A program made the position numbers and the translations under genes. The notes under the pieces are model-generated. The model saw only the letters and a list, made by a program, of their open reading frames with translations, had not been told where the DNA came from and did no database searches. From positions 192,001-256,000 of the forward strand of contig CBDHDF010000011.1 in NCBI GenBank assembly GCA_965261545.1: a stretch of DNA of 64,000 bases, read 5' to 3'. Of this stretch, positions 10,074 to 20,472 are shown one piece after another (the first letter of the stretch is position 1; every line of letters starts with the position of its first letter). Origin of the DNA: Bdellovibrionales bacterium (GTDB lineage Bacteria; Bdellovibrionota; Bdellovibrionia; Bdellovibrionales; UBA1609).

Positions 10074-11048
10074 TTAGACAACAATCAAATTTGGCCATTC
10101 CATCTGTGACTCTTGGCTCATTTGTAACTCTCGACTTACCCGTGGCCCTCGGATTTTGGGATAAGCCAAGTTTTGCTTATCTGGATTATTTTCCCTAAAG
10201 AGCCTGAAAAGTCTCTTGCTCTCTCTTTTGGTTTTTCCTAAAATATAGATGTATTTGTGCTTTCTGGGGATTCTACGATGCTGGCAGTGAGCTTGGTACA
10301 CCTTTGAAGCCTTTTTGAGTTGAGTGACAACATCCTTTGGAATTTGTTCCCAATAAATATGGTCACCCTTACTCCAGTCACTTCTCCAATGAATACCAAG
10401 ATCAAGGGCATATTTCTTATAACTGCTTATCTTTCTGAACCTGCGGTCACTAAACCAGCCCTTGTCAAAAGCATGAGGATCATAATACTCAAAGCGTGCC
10501 CCGAAATTTTGCCCTAGATAAATGAAATTACAAGATTGGTAAATAGTTCCCATCTCTAAGGCTTCGGGGTCGGAGTAGGCTGAAAAATAGCGGTAGGCAG
10601 TATTTTTTACCATCCAACGGACGGAAAACATGACAAGAGAGCTTGCAAGATTCTTAGGACTCCAAGAAATGCAGGCTCCCCGGCTGATGAGTTTTTCCTT
10701 GTCACGATTTTCTCTGCCTAAGAGGTGAGAAAATGCATTGGGTGTGGCCATCACAATAACACCGGCCAATTGTCCTTTGTAGGTCGCTACAAACCGGTGA
10801 GTGGGTCGATGAGGCATCTTGCCAAGCCACTCATGACGAAGAATAAAAGTTTTAATCTGTTCACACATTTTCTTATTTTCTTTGGAAATATAAGAAAATT
10901 CAAAGTGGGAGACTCGAAGATTAGACACTTCATTATAAGTCATTCCAGCGACCTCTAGGTCCTTGACGAGATTCTTTTTTCTCATTTCGTATTGCCAACA
11001 ATGGTTCTCATTAAAAAAGTCCTTTCCTAATATATTTTTGTTAAACAT
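10074..11048 (-). CDS. Mom-like (GNAT-fold) DNA modification protein
   Basis: FILRHEWLG...LISRG...SAYSDPEALEMGTIYQSCNFIYLG resembles the Mom-family S(Y/F)AD...GxxYQAxNFxYxG motif. Confidence 0.65.
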   Translation of the reverse strand: MFNKNILGKDFFNENHCWQYEMRKKNLVKDLEVAGMTYNEVSNLRVSHFEFSYISKENKKMCEQIKTFILRHEWLGKMPHRPTHRFVATYKGQLAGVIVMATPNAFSHLLGRENRDKEKLISRGACISWSPKNLASSLVMFSVRWMVKNTAYRYFSAYSDPEALEMGTIYQSCNFIYLGQNFGARFEYYDPHAFDKGWFSDRRFRKISSYKKYALDLGIHWRSDWSKGDHIYWEQIPKDVVTQLKKASKVYQAHCQHRRIPRKHKYIYILGKTKRESKRLFRLFRENNPDKQNLAYPKIRGPRVSRELQMSQESQMEWPNLIVV

Positions 11049-11094
11049 GAGCCTCTTTGAAAAAAGACATGACAAAAAATATTGAATGATTCAT
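11041..11094 (-). CDS. Putative 17-aa leader peptide MNHSIFFVMSFFKEAHV
   Basis: RBS taaggagg; its 3' end overlaps the ATG (11048) of the Mom-like gene. Confidence 0.45.
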   Translation of the reverse strand: MNHSIFFVMSFFKEAHV

Positions 11095-11964
11095 GAAATA
11101 CCTCCTTATGGGTATGGGTGGGATGGGATGAGTGGTCTGCATGATTCAAGTTAGTTTTGGATGATTGGAGAGGGGTGCTTCCGTGAGGTTTGAAGTTGGA
11201 AGACTCTCAGGAAATCCCTTCATTCTCAGAATTTTTTTTTGACGATGGGCGCAAAAATAAAGTTTAGTCCTTTTCAAAACGGCCAAAAAGGGTGTAGGCC
11301 ATGGCCGCTACGAACAAAAAAACAAATAGAAGGAGCTAAGAGCTGCTAGCCAATGTTTCTTATGATCTCAAAGCTTCCGAGACTCAATGAAGGCAAATGT
11401 TAGCTGACAATTAAAATGCCCCACCGTCGCCAATGAAAAGTGGCCACTTTTCAGAGGAGGACCTATGGTGATTTTTGGCATTGTCAACCGAGACGCATAT
11501 AATCAATTGATATTACTCATAAAAAGGCTCCGAGCTGATAAGAACTCCTTTTGGGTTCTTGTCGACCTGGAAAGGGGCTCCGTGTTGGAGAGTCCTTCCA
11601 TGACAGCCTATTCAGGTTCCATATTTGTCATTTGTAGACTGTTTCTGGATTTCAATGAGGTTAAATATATAGTCAAGAAAAGCCTGTTTAGGCTGTGCCC
11701 ATTTTCTAAAGTATTTAAATTCCACAAGATTCCAACATTTGCCTCAATTTTCATGGAATTTCTTTCTAAAGACAGGCTTCCCTTAAAGCCGTCGCCAATT
11801 AAAATGTCCCACTTTCAATATGGAGGTTGTCGCCAATGAAAAGTGACCAATCTTCAGGGAGTGTTCAAATACTAGACAATGAAGTCTCTTCTTCTGATAT
11901 AGATACTAAGCTCACAGAGTCCCTCCCTCTTGCAACTCAAAAGGTTAGCAATGAGGAGGATCTT

Positions 11965-13431
11965 ATGATTAGTCAATACACTTTCGGCCGCATTCGTGAC
12001 CTGAGTCACAGTGGTAAAAATAAGACAGAAATATCTCGTGAATTAGGGATCAATCGTAAGACGGTGCGCAAGTACTGTGAGTCCAACACCCCACCGAAGT
12101 ACAAGGCGAGGTCCAAAAGAACTCGCCCAGATCCCCTTAATGGATATATGGATCGGGTGAAGTACTTTTTGAAGTTGAACCCAAGTAACACCGCCCGTGA
12201 AATATATGAGCTATTAGTTGAGGAGGGTTATCGTGGGAGTGAGAGAACGGTTCAGAGAAGAGTTTGTGAGATTCTTGGTTCTCGCCCCAAGGAGCGTTTT
12301 TTCAGCCAAAGATATGATCCTGGAGAACAGGCTCAGTTTGATTTTAAGGAGAAGGTTGCTTTACCATTTGCCGATGGTGTTCAGATCGTTCATCTCCATT
12401 TTGGAACATTGCCTTGTAGTGGCACCTGTTGGGTTCGTGCCTACCCCTTTCTTGTCTATGAGTGTTTCATCGATGGGGTGCATGCTTTTTTTGAAAAGAT
12501 AGGTGGGATGAGTGCGAACATCCGTATTGATAATTTATCTCCCTGTGTGAAGAAAGTTCTTAAAGGAAATCAGCGAATTTACACCCAATCTTTTGATCGA
12601 GCCATCCAATACTATGGATTTAAGGTTCTTCCCTGCCGCGCAGGGAAGGGCTCTGACAAGGGAGATGTGGAGCGTGATATTCGAACCTTCAGTTCTCGGA
12701 TAAAAAATATTGTTAGAAACAAAGGAATTGTTTTTAAAGACTGGGATCATTTGAATCAGTTTTTAGAGTCTTATATGGATCAGCATCAGAGTGACTCCAC
12801 CAAATCTCGCTTTGAGGAGGAGGCCAAAGTTCTTAAGCCTTTGCCTCCACGAGATGAAGATATTCTCTGTAAGGTGAATATTTGTCAAAGTAATGGTTAT
12901 GGGACTTTGAGAATAGGTAAAACCACATATTCCATACCTGATGAGGTGATCCAATCTCCCTGTAAAACCGTACAGGGTCCCTATCATGTCACGATCTATC
13001 GTGCAGGAGGGAAGCAAGAAATTGTCGCTCGCCATCAAAGAAAACCTGATGGGGAGCATAGTCTTCTTCTTGAACATATCCTTCCCTCTTTAGTTCGTAA
13101 GCCGCAAGCCATGGTAAGATGGGCTCACCGATCCATTCTTTTTCCAACAAATGTGTTTGAAAATTTTTATCAATACCTCAAGCAACAAGATTCAAGCCGT
13201 GCCGAGCATGAATATTTAAGAGTTATCAACTTGATTCAGCATGTGAGTTGGCAGGACTTATCTACAGCCATGGAGCTTCAATTAGAAAGTCGTGAGATTT
13301 TCGACTTTAAATCCATAAAAGATTTGCTCTTAGGCAATCCCACCAAAATTAATTTGAATGACCAACAAAAACCACTTCAACCTAGATTGTCTCAATATGA
13401 CAGTCTTGTTCCAAACATAGGAGGTTCTTAA
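11965..13431 (+). CDS. istA: IS21 transposase IstA
   Basis: HTH; PGEQAQFD, IDN and SDKGDVE motifs; likely ATG at 11965 after gaggagg. Confidence 0.95.
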   Translation: MISQYTFGRIRDLSHSGKNKTEISRELGINRKTVRKYCESNTPPKYKARSKRTRPDPLNGYMDRVKYFLKLNPSNTAREIYELLVEEGYRGSERTVQRRVCEILGSRPKERFFSQRYDPGEQAQFDFKEKVALPFADGVQIVHLHFGTLPCSGTCWVRAYPFLVYECFIDGVHAFFEKIGGMSANIRIDNLSPCVKKVLKGNQRIYTQSFDRAIQYYGFKVLPCRAGKGSDKGDVERDIRTFSSRIKNIVRNKGIVFKDWDHLNQFLESYMDQHQSDSTKSRFEEEAKVLKPLPPRDEDILCKVNICQSNGYGTLRIGKTTYSIPDEVIQSPCKTVQGPYHVTIYRAGGKQEIVARHQRKPDGEHSLLLEHILPSLVRKPQAMVRWAHRSILFPTNVFENFYQYLKQQDSSRAEHEYLRVINLIQHVSWQDLSTAMELQLESREIFDFKSIKDLLLGNPTKINLNDQQKPLQPRLSQYDSLVPNIGGS

Positions 13432-14213
13432 TGAATCACGAAGAACTTATAGGTTCTCTTAAAAAACTCCGACTTCCAGCGATGGCGGATGAATATGTTG
13501 CAACGGCTAGAGTTGCCGAAAAAACAAAAAAGACGTATGAACAGTATTTAGGTATACTCGTTCAAAATGAGCTTGCTGACAAGCATTCCCAGAGAGTGAA
13601 AAGATTGCTTAAGGGGGCCAAGCTTCCTCAACTTAAATCACTCCAAACTTATAACTTCCAGAAAAGAACGGGAGTGACAGCTCAGCAAATTAATTGGATG
13701 GCAGAGGGAGAGTGGGTCAGAAAAGCCTGTAATGTTGTGTTTTACGGAAGCTTTGGAATGGGGAAAAGTCATTTGGCCATGTCCCTAGTTCGTTCACTCT
13801 GTGAACAAGGCTATCGATGTTTATGGGTCACCACTCATGAACTTATTGAAACAATGCGTGAAAGCAAGAAAGAACTCTCATTGAATGCTCTTTTTAAGAA
13901 ATTAGACCGTTTTGATCTTATTGCTTGTGATGAACTTGGCTATACAGCTTCCTGCACAGAGGGGGCAGATCTTTTCTTTCAATTCATATCTCAGCGATAT
14001 GAAAGGAAAAGTCTCATGATCACTACAAACTTAACATACTCTGAATGGGATAAGGTGTTTCTTAACCCTATTACCACCGCTGCTGCTGTTGATCGAATCA
14101 TTCACAACTGTGAAACCCTCAACATTGAAGGAAAAGAAAGTTGGAGAACCGAATCGGCAAAAGCCAAGTCTAAACAGAGCAAAGAGGAAAGTTCAACCAA
14201 AGAAGTTCATTAG
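13431..14213 (+). CDS. istB: IS21 helper ATPase IstB
   Basis: GSFGMGKS, CDELGY, AVDRIIH. Confidence 0.95.
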   Translation: MNHEELIGSLKKLRLPAMADEYVATARVAEKTKKTYEQYLGILVQNELADKHSQRVKRLLKGAKLPQLKSLQTYNFQKRTGVTAQQINWMAEGEWVRKACNVVFYGSFGMGKSHLAMSLVRSLCEQGYRCLWVTTHELIETMRESKKELSLNALFKKLDRFDLIACDELGYTASCTEGADLFFQFISQRYERKSLMITTNLTYSEWDKVFLNPITTAAAVDRIIHNCETLNIEGKESWRTESAKAKSKQSKEESSTKEVH

Positions 14214-14240
14214 AGATCCCCACTTTTGGGGAAGGAACTC

Positions 14241-14338
14241 GCCAGTTATCCACAAAATTTATCCACAGCAGCACTGCGTTGCTAGACATCGGGGTCACAG
14301 CCGCAGTGTCGCCATGGATAAATTTATGGATAACTGGC
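14241..14338. repeat. 98-bp palindrome with DnaA-box motifs (also in copy 2, ~42547-42644)
   Basis: TTATCCACA at 14246 and 14259; inverted degenerate boxes in the right arm. Confidence 0.85.
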
Positions 14339-14698
14339 TTTTACCGTACTATTTGCTCGTCACTCTCGCGGAGCTTTAGACATTAGCTGCGCCAAGGAAT
14401 CCTGAAAAATACTCCATTTACCTCTGCCATAGGGCTGAAGGATGCATTTGGGTTCATGCCAAAAGTGGTGGGCAGAAAATCATTCCTCAGAATCTTGTGG
14501 CATAGTCCGAGTTAAATGATGAGCAAAATAAAGACACTTGACTAAACTCTGAACGAAGAATAACTAAATCAGTACATCATCAACTGGCCGTTTTTCATTG
14601 GCGACGGCTTCTAAAAATGGCCAATTTTAATTGGCGCCTAACAGCAAAAATGGACACCAATCACAACCTTTTCAAATTGAAAAAGAAATGGGGAGTAT

Positions 14699-14950
14699 AT
14701 GAAGGATTCAAAAAACTTAAAGAATTCACAGTATTTTAATCTCTTAGCCATCACTCTTGATAAGAGTGTCCGCCCAAGAGCCAAAGAGCTTCTTCATGGC
14801 AAGATCATTCATCTTGATTTTGCAGAGAAACAAGAGATTGAAAAAATCCCTAGGAACAGGCTCGCCGAATCAAGTGCTGTCTGTGTGTTATGTGAAGTCA
14901 AGGGCCACATAAGGTTAGCTGTGTATGAAATGGTAAAGCCAGTCCAATAA
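14699..14950 (+). CDS. Hypothetical protein
   Basis: RBS gggag; 83-aa ORF. Confidence 0.45.
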   Translation: MKDSKNLKNSQYFNLLAITLDKSVRPRAKELLHGKIIHLDFAEKQEIEKIPRNRLAESSAVCVLCEVKGHIRLAVYEMVKPVQ

Positions 14951-15246
14951 AAGGCTCTTTGAATTTGCCCATCTTATGAGCCAGAGCTATGGACTAAAAC
15001 CCAGAAGAGGGAAACTTTAAGTCGATCACTCTAGGAAATCTTCCTGAAAGTATTCAACTAACAGCTCAGCCATCATTTTGGGAAGGGTGAGTCCTCCATT
15101 TCTCATTGGATCTGAAGTAGTCACCCCTTCCCTTATTTTGATTCTAGTCTTGATAATTTCCGTTACGAATGGGTCTTCTTATTCTCTGGAAAATCTCACT
15201 GTTACTGAACCACCTCTAGGCCACCTTGGCTTTCTTTCACAGCCTC

Positions 15247-16149
15247 TTATGGGCTAGGTCGGAGGCTGGGGTCTCTGATGATACTAAGGTCCACTTGGAA
15301 CCTTCTTTTCACTTCATAGGGAACTTCATGGAACTGTAAAGCCGTGGGTGGGCTGATCTGAAACTCCTCTTTTTTTCTGTTCGGGCAGTGGCTATAGTCC
15401 AAGAAGCCAACTCTTACCGTTCCGTCAGTTGTACTTATGGGCTGGAGGTAAAGCTCATTAGTTTCTTGAACCATTCCCTCAGTGATCTTCAAAGAGGCCG
15501 TGATAGAGGAGGTATCAGAAGAGCCCCCATGGGAGTTAATCTTGTCAGGACGGTAGGGCTTCCCTCCAAGGACGAATTGTATGGGGAAATAATCAAGCTC
15601 CCTTGCAAGCTCAACAATGGGAGAGTCAACCTCGCCAACATGGTTACGGCGAGAAATATTGCAGTCACCATATTCTTTAATTTTAATACAATCATACACC
15701 TTTCCACCTTGTTTCTGAGAAACGTCGATATGAGTGAGGCCACATTCAGATTTGACCCATGAAGAAGTGACCCTTTGCAAATAGGCTTCCGAGAACTTTG
15801 GTACTGTCTTGACGCCATTTTCAAGGCGAATGAGGACTTCATCTCCCACCTTCACATCATCTACAAAAGTATCTTGATCCACCAGCTTGTCTTCAAAGAC
15901 CACGTCAATGGTGATCTCCCTAGGCTCTTCCTCCGATTCTTGATTCTCTCCCTCTTTTGCACTTTCTGGGCTTTCTAGGTCCTCATCCGTGCCCTCTTGA
16001 GATTCCTTTCGTAATGGGTCTTGCTCTTCCGGTGGAACTTCATCCACCTCATGGATGACCCCCTTCCGAGGGCTATCTTCTTCTATGGTGTCACAGGCAG
16101 AAAGTATCATTGATATAAAAACAACAGTTAATAAAATAAATTTATCCAT
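15247..16149 (-). CDS. Lipoprotein of unknown function
   Basis: Start MDKFILLTVVFISMILSAC (lipobox) after RBS aaggag; acidic linker. Confidence 0.75.
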   Translation of the reverse strand: MDKFILLTVVFISMILSACDTIEEDSPRKGVIHEVDEVPPEEQDPLRKESQEGTDEDLESPESAKEGENQESEEEPREITIDVVFEDKLVDQDTFVDDVKVGDEVLIRLENGVKTVPKFSEAYLQRVTSSWVKSECGLTHIDVSQKQGGKVYDCIKIKEYGDCNISRRNHVGEVDSPIVELARELDYFPIQFVLGGKPYRPDKINSHGGSSDTSSITASLKITEGMVQETNELYLQPISTTDGTVRVGFLDYSHCPNRKKEEFQISPPTALQFHEVPYEVKRRFQVDLSIIRDPSLRPSP

Positions 16150-16201
16150 TATATTGACTCCTTTATTTGAAATGTTCATTGTTAGATATTTAGATGAAAT
16201 G

Positions 16202-16651
16202 CTATTTTTTGAATCCATTAGATTCATTAGATATTTGACAGTCTTTACCTTTATTTTGACCGCCTCTGGTTTTTGATCTTCGTCTTGACTTTCCCTTTCC
16301 ATGGCTGACCTTTCCTAGATATGTCTCAATGGACCTGTCCAAGTCTTCATCAGAGACATTGTGAATGAGTTTCTTAAGGTAGCTCTTCTTATCGAAAAAT
16401 TCATGAACAAGGTGCTCATATTCGATAGATTCATACTTCTGAAAGAATATTTTTAAAATAGAATTTACAATTTTAGAAGTATCTGTTTTGCACGAGTCTT
16501 CCCTCAATCTCTCCATGAATTGAGCCAGAGAACCCGTAGACGTCTCATTTAAGAGAATCCTACAGGCCACACTCTTTTTCTTGCGTCCATGGGCACCTAC
16601 TATGTTTTCTTGTGGGCCTTCTTCCATGACTTCCTGGTAATTCTCCATCAT
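16202..16651 (-). CDS. Conserved ICE hypothetical protein
   Basis: FFDKKSYLKKLI matches LFDKKRYIKHLL of 60408-60779. Confidence 0.75.
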   Translation of the reverse strand: MMENYQEVMEEGPQENIVGAHGRKKKSVACRILLNETSTGSLAQFMERLREDSCKTDTSKIVNSILKIFFQKYESIEYEHLVHEFFDKKSYLKKLIHNVSDEDLDRSIETYLGKVSHGKGKSRRRSKTRGGQNKGKDCQISNESNGFKK

Positions 16652-17234
16652 TGATAAACCTCCTGTGACACTCTTTGATTTTGATGCACCTCTTTCCAGC
16701 TAGGTTTTGTTAACTTCGGAGAGCTAAAAGAATTAGGTGGTGTGGAGGGCTGACCTGAAGTTGGCAACCAAAAGGGCCGCCCATGGATGGTCCAAACACA
16801 GTGCTCTTCAAGAGCCTATTACCTTGAATTTCCCAATCAAGACAATTCTTATCAACTTCAGGAGATGCAACTTTGAAGTTTCTGATGCCTCTTTCTTTGG
16901 CACTTTGTTTTGGATTGTCTCCAGAACCTTCTTTAAAAGACATGGATGACATGAATTCATTAAAACGAAGTAAAGTTTCTTTCCTAATCTTCTCATCCCT
17001 TCTTTTCAGGGAATTGTGAATGGTGTACCCACTAAGACCTCCTATTGTGCCACCTATGGCGAGACCATATACAGCCCACTTTCCTCGACTCCTCTTATTG
17101 AGGATGGCTCCTGTAGCTGCACCCGTCGCCACTCCAGTGCCTACACCTATAAGCATGGATTGTTGAGTGGAAGCACAGGAAGATATCAATAGACTTCCCA
17201 TCATTAGACAATATATTGCAATTTTATTTTTAAT
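16648..17234 (-). pseudogene. Glycine-zipper lipoprotein with a 1-nt frameshift near 16810
   Basis: Lipobox ISSC and Gly-zipper; the shifted frame EEHCVWTIHGRPFW matches ICE2 EGHRVWTLIGYPQF and ends in an ATGA overlap at 16648-16651. Confidence 0.75.
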
Positions 17235-17560
17235 AATAATCCTCCTTGTTAAAGTTAATACTTTCAGTTGAGACTTCGATCCACACAGATGCCCCTCCAA
17301 GGTGCTCTTGACTATGATATGAAATAAAATAGCCTTGATCCATGGCACGGCCATCTTAAATCGAAGCACAGCTCTAAAAGTGATTGATCGATACTTTTTA
17401 AACGACTCTTCTGAATGATTTTTATTCAAATGTGTGAAATCTGCTGATTACTTTTTCCTTTCAAAACAATATTTTTTGTGATTTCAATAGGTTACATATT
17501 TTTCCCTCCCTTCAACAAAGGGTGCTTGACGGTAGCTTCTGACGGGACCCATGGTTCCGC

Positions 17561-18406
17561 CTAAGAAATCTTAAAGACGTAACTATTAATATCTCTAAAT
17601 ATCAATTCCTCCTTGTCCGTAGTGATATCGTTAAGAAGTGCAAAGTACATCTTGGATGAACACTGATGCTTCTGAGAAATTTCCTGATCAATCTTATGAA
17701 GAACATTTAGGATATAGGAATTTTTACAAATATACAAAACTCCATGAACCTTTTGCTCCCAATAATAAGCATCTACCTTCTTTCTGTATCTCTCCTTAGA
17801 TTTTGTAGAAGAATCAAATTCAATGGCTAATTTTAAGGTGCCTATCTTGGTTTCAACAAGAGTCATTCCATCACTATTAAGATCAAGAAAAGCTTGGTAT
17901 TCCTCTTGAAATTCGGAGCAGCTTTGAAGAACATTTTCTGTATAGTAACTTTTTACAGAATGTCTATTCTCAAAGGCTTTTCTGATATCCACAAGAGCCA
18001 TATCATGCAAATAGGCATAACTTTTGTTGACTTTTCCATGAGTGATGTATGGCATAAAGGTTTTCACTCTATTGAGTCCTTCAAGTGTAAGTCTATACCC
18101 ATAAATAATCTTTTGATCTTTCTCAATGGGAGTTCTCCGAACAAGTCCAAAATCAAGTATCTTTTTAAGCCTGTCGTTAACAATGCTCCTATGGGTTCCA
18201 GTAAAGAAGTAGGACCTGATCTGATCTCGACTGACAAATTTATGTTCAAAGAGAAATTGGAGAACTTTTAAATCTCTCTGAGTGATAACAGTTCTTTTAC
18301 ATCGCCTTCTCCTAGTCTTCATTTTACTACGGTGACCTCCTCCTATGTGTTTTTGATTCGCCTGTATTTGCTGCCCTAGGGTTTCTTTTGATAATCTTTG
18401 GTTCAT
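17561..18406 (-). CDS. Replication-relaxation (Replic_Relax) family protein, candidate relaxase
   Basis: wHTH ITQRDLKVL; YRLT; HDMALVDIR; DG...LAIEFD...KSKERY. Confidence 0.75.
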   Translation of the reverse strand: MNQRLSKETLGQQIQANQKHIGGGHRSKMKTRRRRCKRTVITQRDLKVLQFLFEHKFVSRDQIRSYFFTGTHRSIVNDRLKKILDFGLVRRTPIEKDQKIIYGYRLTLEGLNRVKTFMPYITHGKVNKSYAYLHDMALVDIRKAFENRHSVKSYYTENVLQSCSEFQEEYQAFLDLNSDGMTLVETKIGTLKLAIEFDSSTKSKERYRKKVDAYYWEQKVHGVLYICKNSYILNVLHKIDQEISQKHQCSSKMYFALLNDITTDKEELIFRDINSYVFKIS

Positions 18407-18428
18407 TTTTTTGACTCTTGGCTTACTT

Positions 18429-19925
18429 TCATTTGTTCTTTCCCTCCATTTCTATGTGGGTTTTATTCTTAAGATCAGAACATCGTGCTTCAGAAATAAC
18501 CAACTCTTGATTCCTTTCTAAGAGAGGTTGGAAGTTCTTGCGAATGCCATCCGTAAATTCTTGTTGGATCATCTCAAGCTCTTGCTTAAGTGATTCATCA
18601 TCAATATAGGGTGCTTGCACTTCTTGGTGGTGGCTTCCGTGGGTCCATATGGCGCGGCCCTTAATGGCAGGGAGTGTTCTGGCAAGATTCCCACCCATGG
18701 CGACATTTGATGCCGCTGAGGATATCATGCGAAAGGTCATGCGTCCGGTGAGGTTGTCCAATGTCTCTGTGTCAATGGCATCTTTCACAGGTTTTTGCGT
18801 GGAAAGCACAAGGTGGATACCTGATGCCCTTGCAAGTCTTGCCAATTCGCCAATGTGCTTTCTTGCCAGTTCATTGGATTTATTTCCAAAAAGCGCTGCG
18901 GCTTCGTCAATTCCCACAACAATCAAGTCAAGTTTGTCCCGAGACGGGTCCACGCATTTGTGGCTATGGGTCTCTAGAAAGCTGTAACGCCGGTGCATTT
19001 CTTCCACCAAAGAATGCAAGATATTTGTGGCTCCCTGTTCGTCCTTGGCGGTTCTTACATTAGGGAGTTCCTCAAACTCCTTGACTTCAACCCCACGCTT
19101 GAGGTCCAGAAGATAGACTTGAAGGTGGGGAGAGTTTTTTAGAAGTGAAAGAATGGTGGAGCGAAAGAAAATAGATTTACCTCCCCCCGTAGCCCCTGAA
19201 ATAAGCAAGTGGGGCAAAGAGCAAAGAGGTTGAACCACAGCACCTTGTAAACTCTGGCCAATGACAAATGAGTAGGGCTCTTTGATATGGGCATAGATAT
19301 CGTGAAAGCCAGCCATCTTGGGCAAGTCGTGCTTGCAAAGATGAATGATGACCTTTCCCTTGTCTTGGTGGAGCATCATGCTCTCAACGGTTTGACGAAA
19401 ACCTGCGGTGAGACTATCTTTTTGAGCTTCAAACCTGTTTAAACCCACACCAAAGGTTTCAACAATGACCTTACAACGATATTCTCCCATCTCGACAATA
19501 GATTTTACTTGGGGAACTTCTCCAAGAGCTGTTTTGAGTCCCGATCTTTCAATGGCTTTTTGAAAAACCATCTTTCTACGGAAATATGGAAAACCCATAA
19601 CTGCGAGTCCAACCACAGTCAGGAAACCCAAGAGAGACCAATATTGATCCATGGGGCTCATTGTAAAAAAGAGGTGGAAGTAGAAATGAAGTGGCTTCCC
19701 CCATACAAATTCAATGGCATTTTTCAAATAATTGGGCTCTCCAATAATAAGAGCTGCCAAGAAACTGGCTATAGCGACAAAGCCACACAACATTTCAAGA
19801 CTCTCCTTGCGAGCCCTTTTTATTCCAAACCAACATATTTTCAAGAGAATAAAAACACCTTGTCCAAGAACCATGATAAAATCTTCAATTCCCTTCTGAT
19901 TTTTATGATTATATTTTTTTTTCAT
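18429..19925 (-). CDS. FtsK/SpoIIIE ATPase, candidate coupling protein
   Basis: N-terminal TM helices; PHLLISGATGGGKS; IDEAA; LARASGIHLVLSTQKP. Confidence 0.9.
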   Translation of the reverse strand: MKKKYNHKNQKGIEDFIMVLGQGVFILLKICWFGIKRARKESLEMLCGFVAIASFLAALIIGEPNYLKNAIEFVWGKPLHFYFHLFFTMSPMDQYWSLLGFLTVVGLAVMGFPYFRRKMVFQKAIERSGLKTALGEVPQVKSIVEMGEYRCKVIVETFGVGLNRFEAQKDSLTAGFRQTVESMMLHQDKGKVIIHLCKHDLPKMAGFHDIYAHIKEPYSFVIGQSLQGAVVQPLCSLPHLLISGATGGGKSIFFRSTILSLLKNSPHLQVYLLDLKRGVEVKEFEELPNVRTAKDEQGATNILHSLVEEMHRRYSFLETHSHKCVDPSRDKLDLIVVGIDEAAALFGNKSNELARKHIGELARLARASGIHLVLSTQKPVKDAIDTETLDNLTGRMTFRMISSAASNVAMGGNLARTLPAIKGRAIWTHGSHHQEVQAPYIDDESLKQELEMIQQEFTDGIRKNFQPLLERNQELVISEARCSDLKNKTHIEMEGKNK

Positions 19926-20472
19926 TTTTCACCATAATAAGTTGTTAAAAGGTTAACGATTATTTCCCGTCCTGCTGGCAGGGTGACATATTCGGACTGC
20001 TTCCCCATGTGAGTCACTCGCCTTTGAGCCTCCATTTCACTGGCCTTGGAAACTCCCTGATAAAAGGCATTTTTGGCTGTGGCTTTGGGCGTAAGATGAG
20101 CCCCTTGACCGTGGGACTCCTTTTTGGTTAGAGTCTCGGTCATGGTGGATAAAACACTAAGACCCAATGTGGAGACAATTTTCTTCATGGCTTGACCATG
20201 AAAGTCACCAACAAGACCTGGGGATTGATCTTTAGGACTCAGTGCTTGAGCATGGATTTTCGCTTCTTTGCCATTGGGAAGAAGTATCTTGGTAAATTCA
20301 ATAAATACCTTTCGCCCTTGCCCTGGGTATCTTATCGTTCCAAAGAGGACGGAATTTCTAGGAATGGAACCACCGTTTTTGTCTTTCCCGCCTTCAGGGA
20401 GTAACACTTTGTAAAGCTGTGTGGTCTCCCGTGTATCAATGGCTGTAAGAAGCTTGCCCTTGATATGAGTTC

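Larger units (their letters stand above)
11398..14643 (+). mobile_element. IS21-family element B, copy 1 (3246 bp)
   Basis: IRs tgttagctgacaattaaaatg / tgttaggcgccaattaaaatt; 5-bp TSD GCAAA; near-identical to 39704-42949. Confidence 0.95.

Noticed and set aside
11465..11839. 124-aa ORF in the IS21-B left region (and 39771-40145)
   Set aside because: It overlaps the end-binding repeats and has no motif; unsupported as a gene.
17235..17429. Long N-terminal extension of the lipoprotein from TTG 17429
   Set aside because: It would bury the signal peptide; the RBS position supports a start at 17234.
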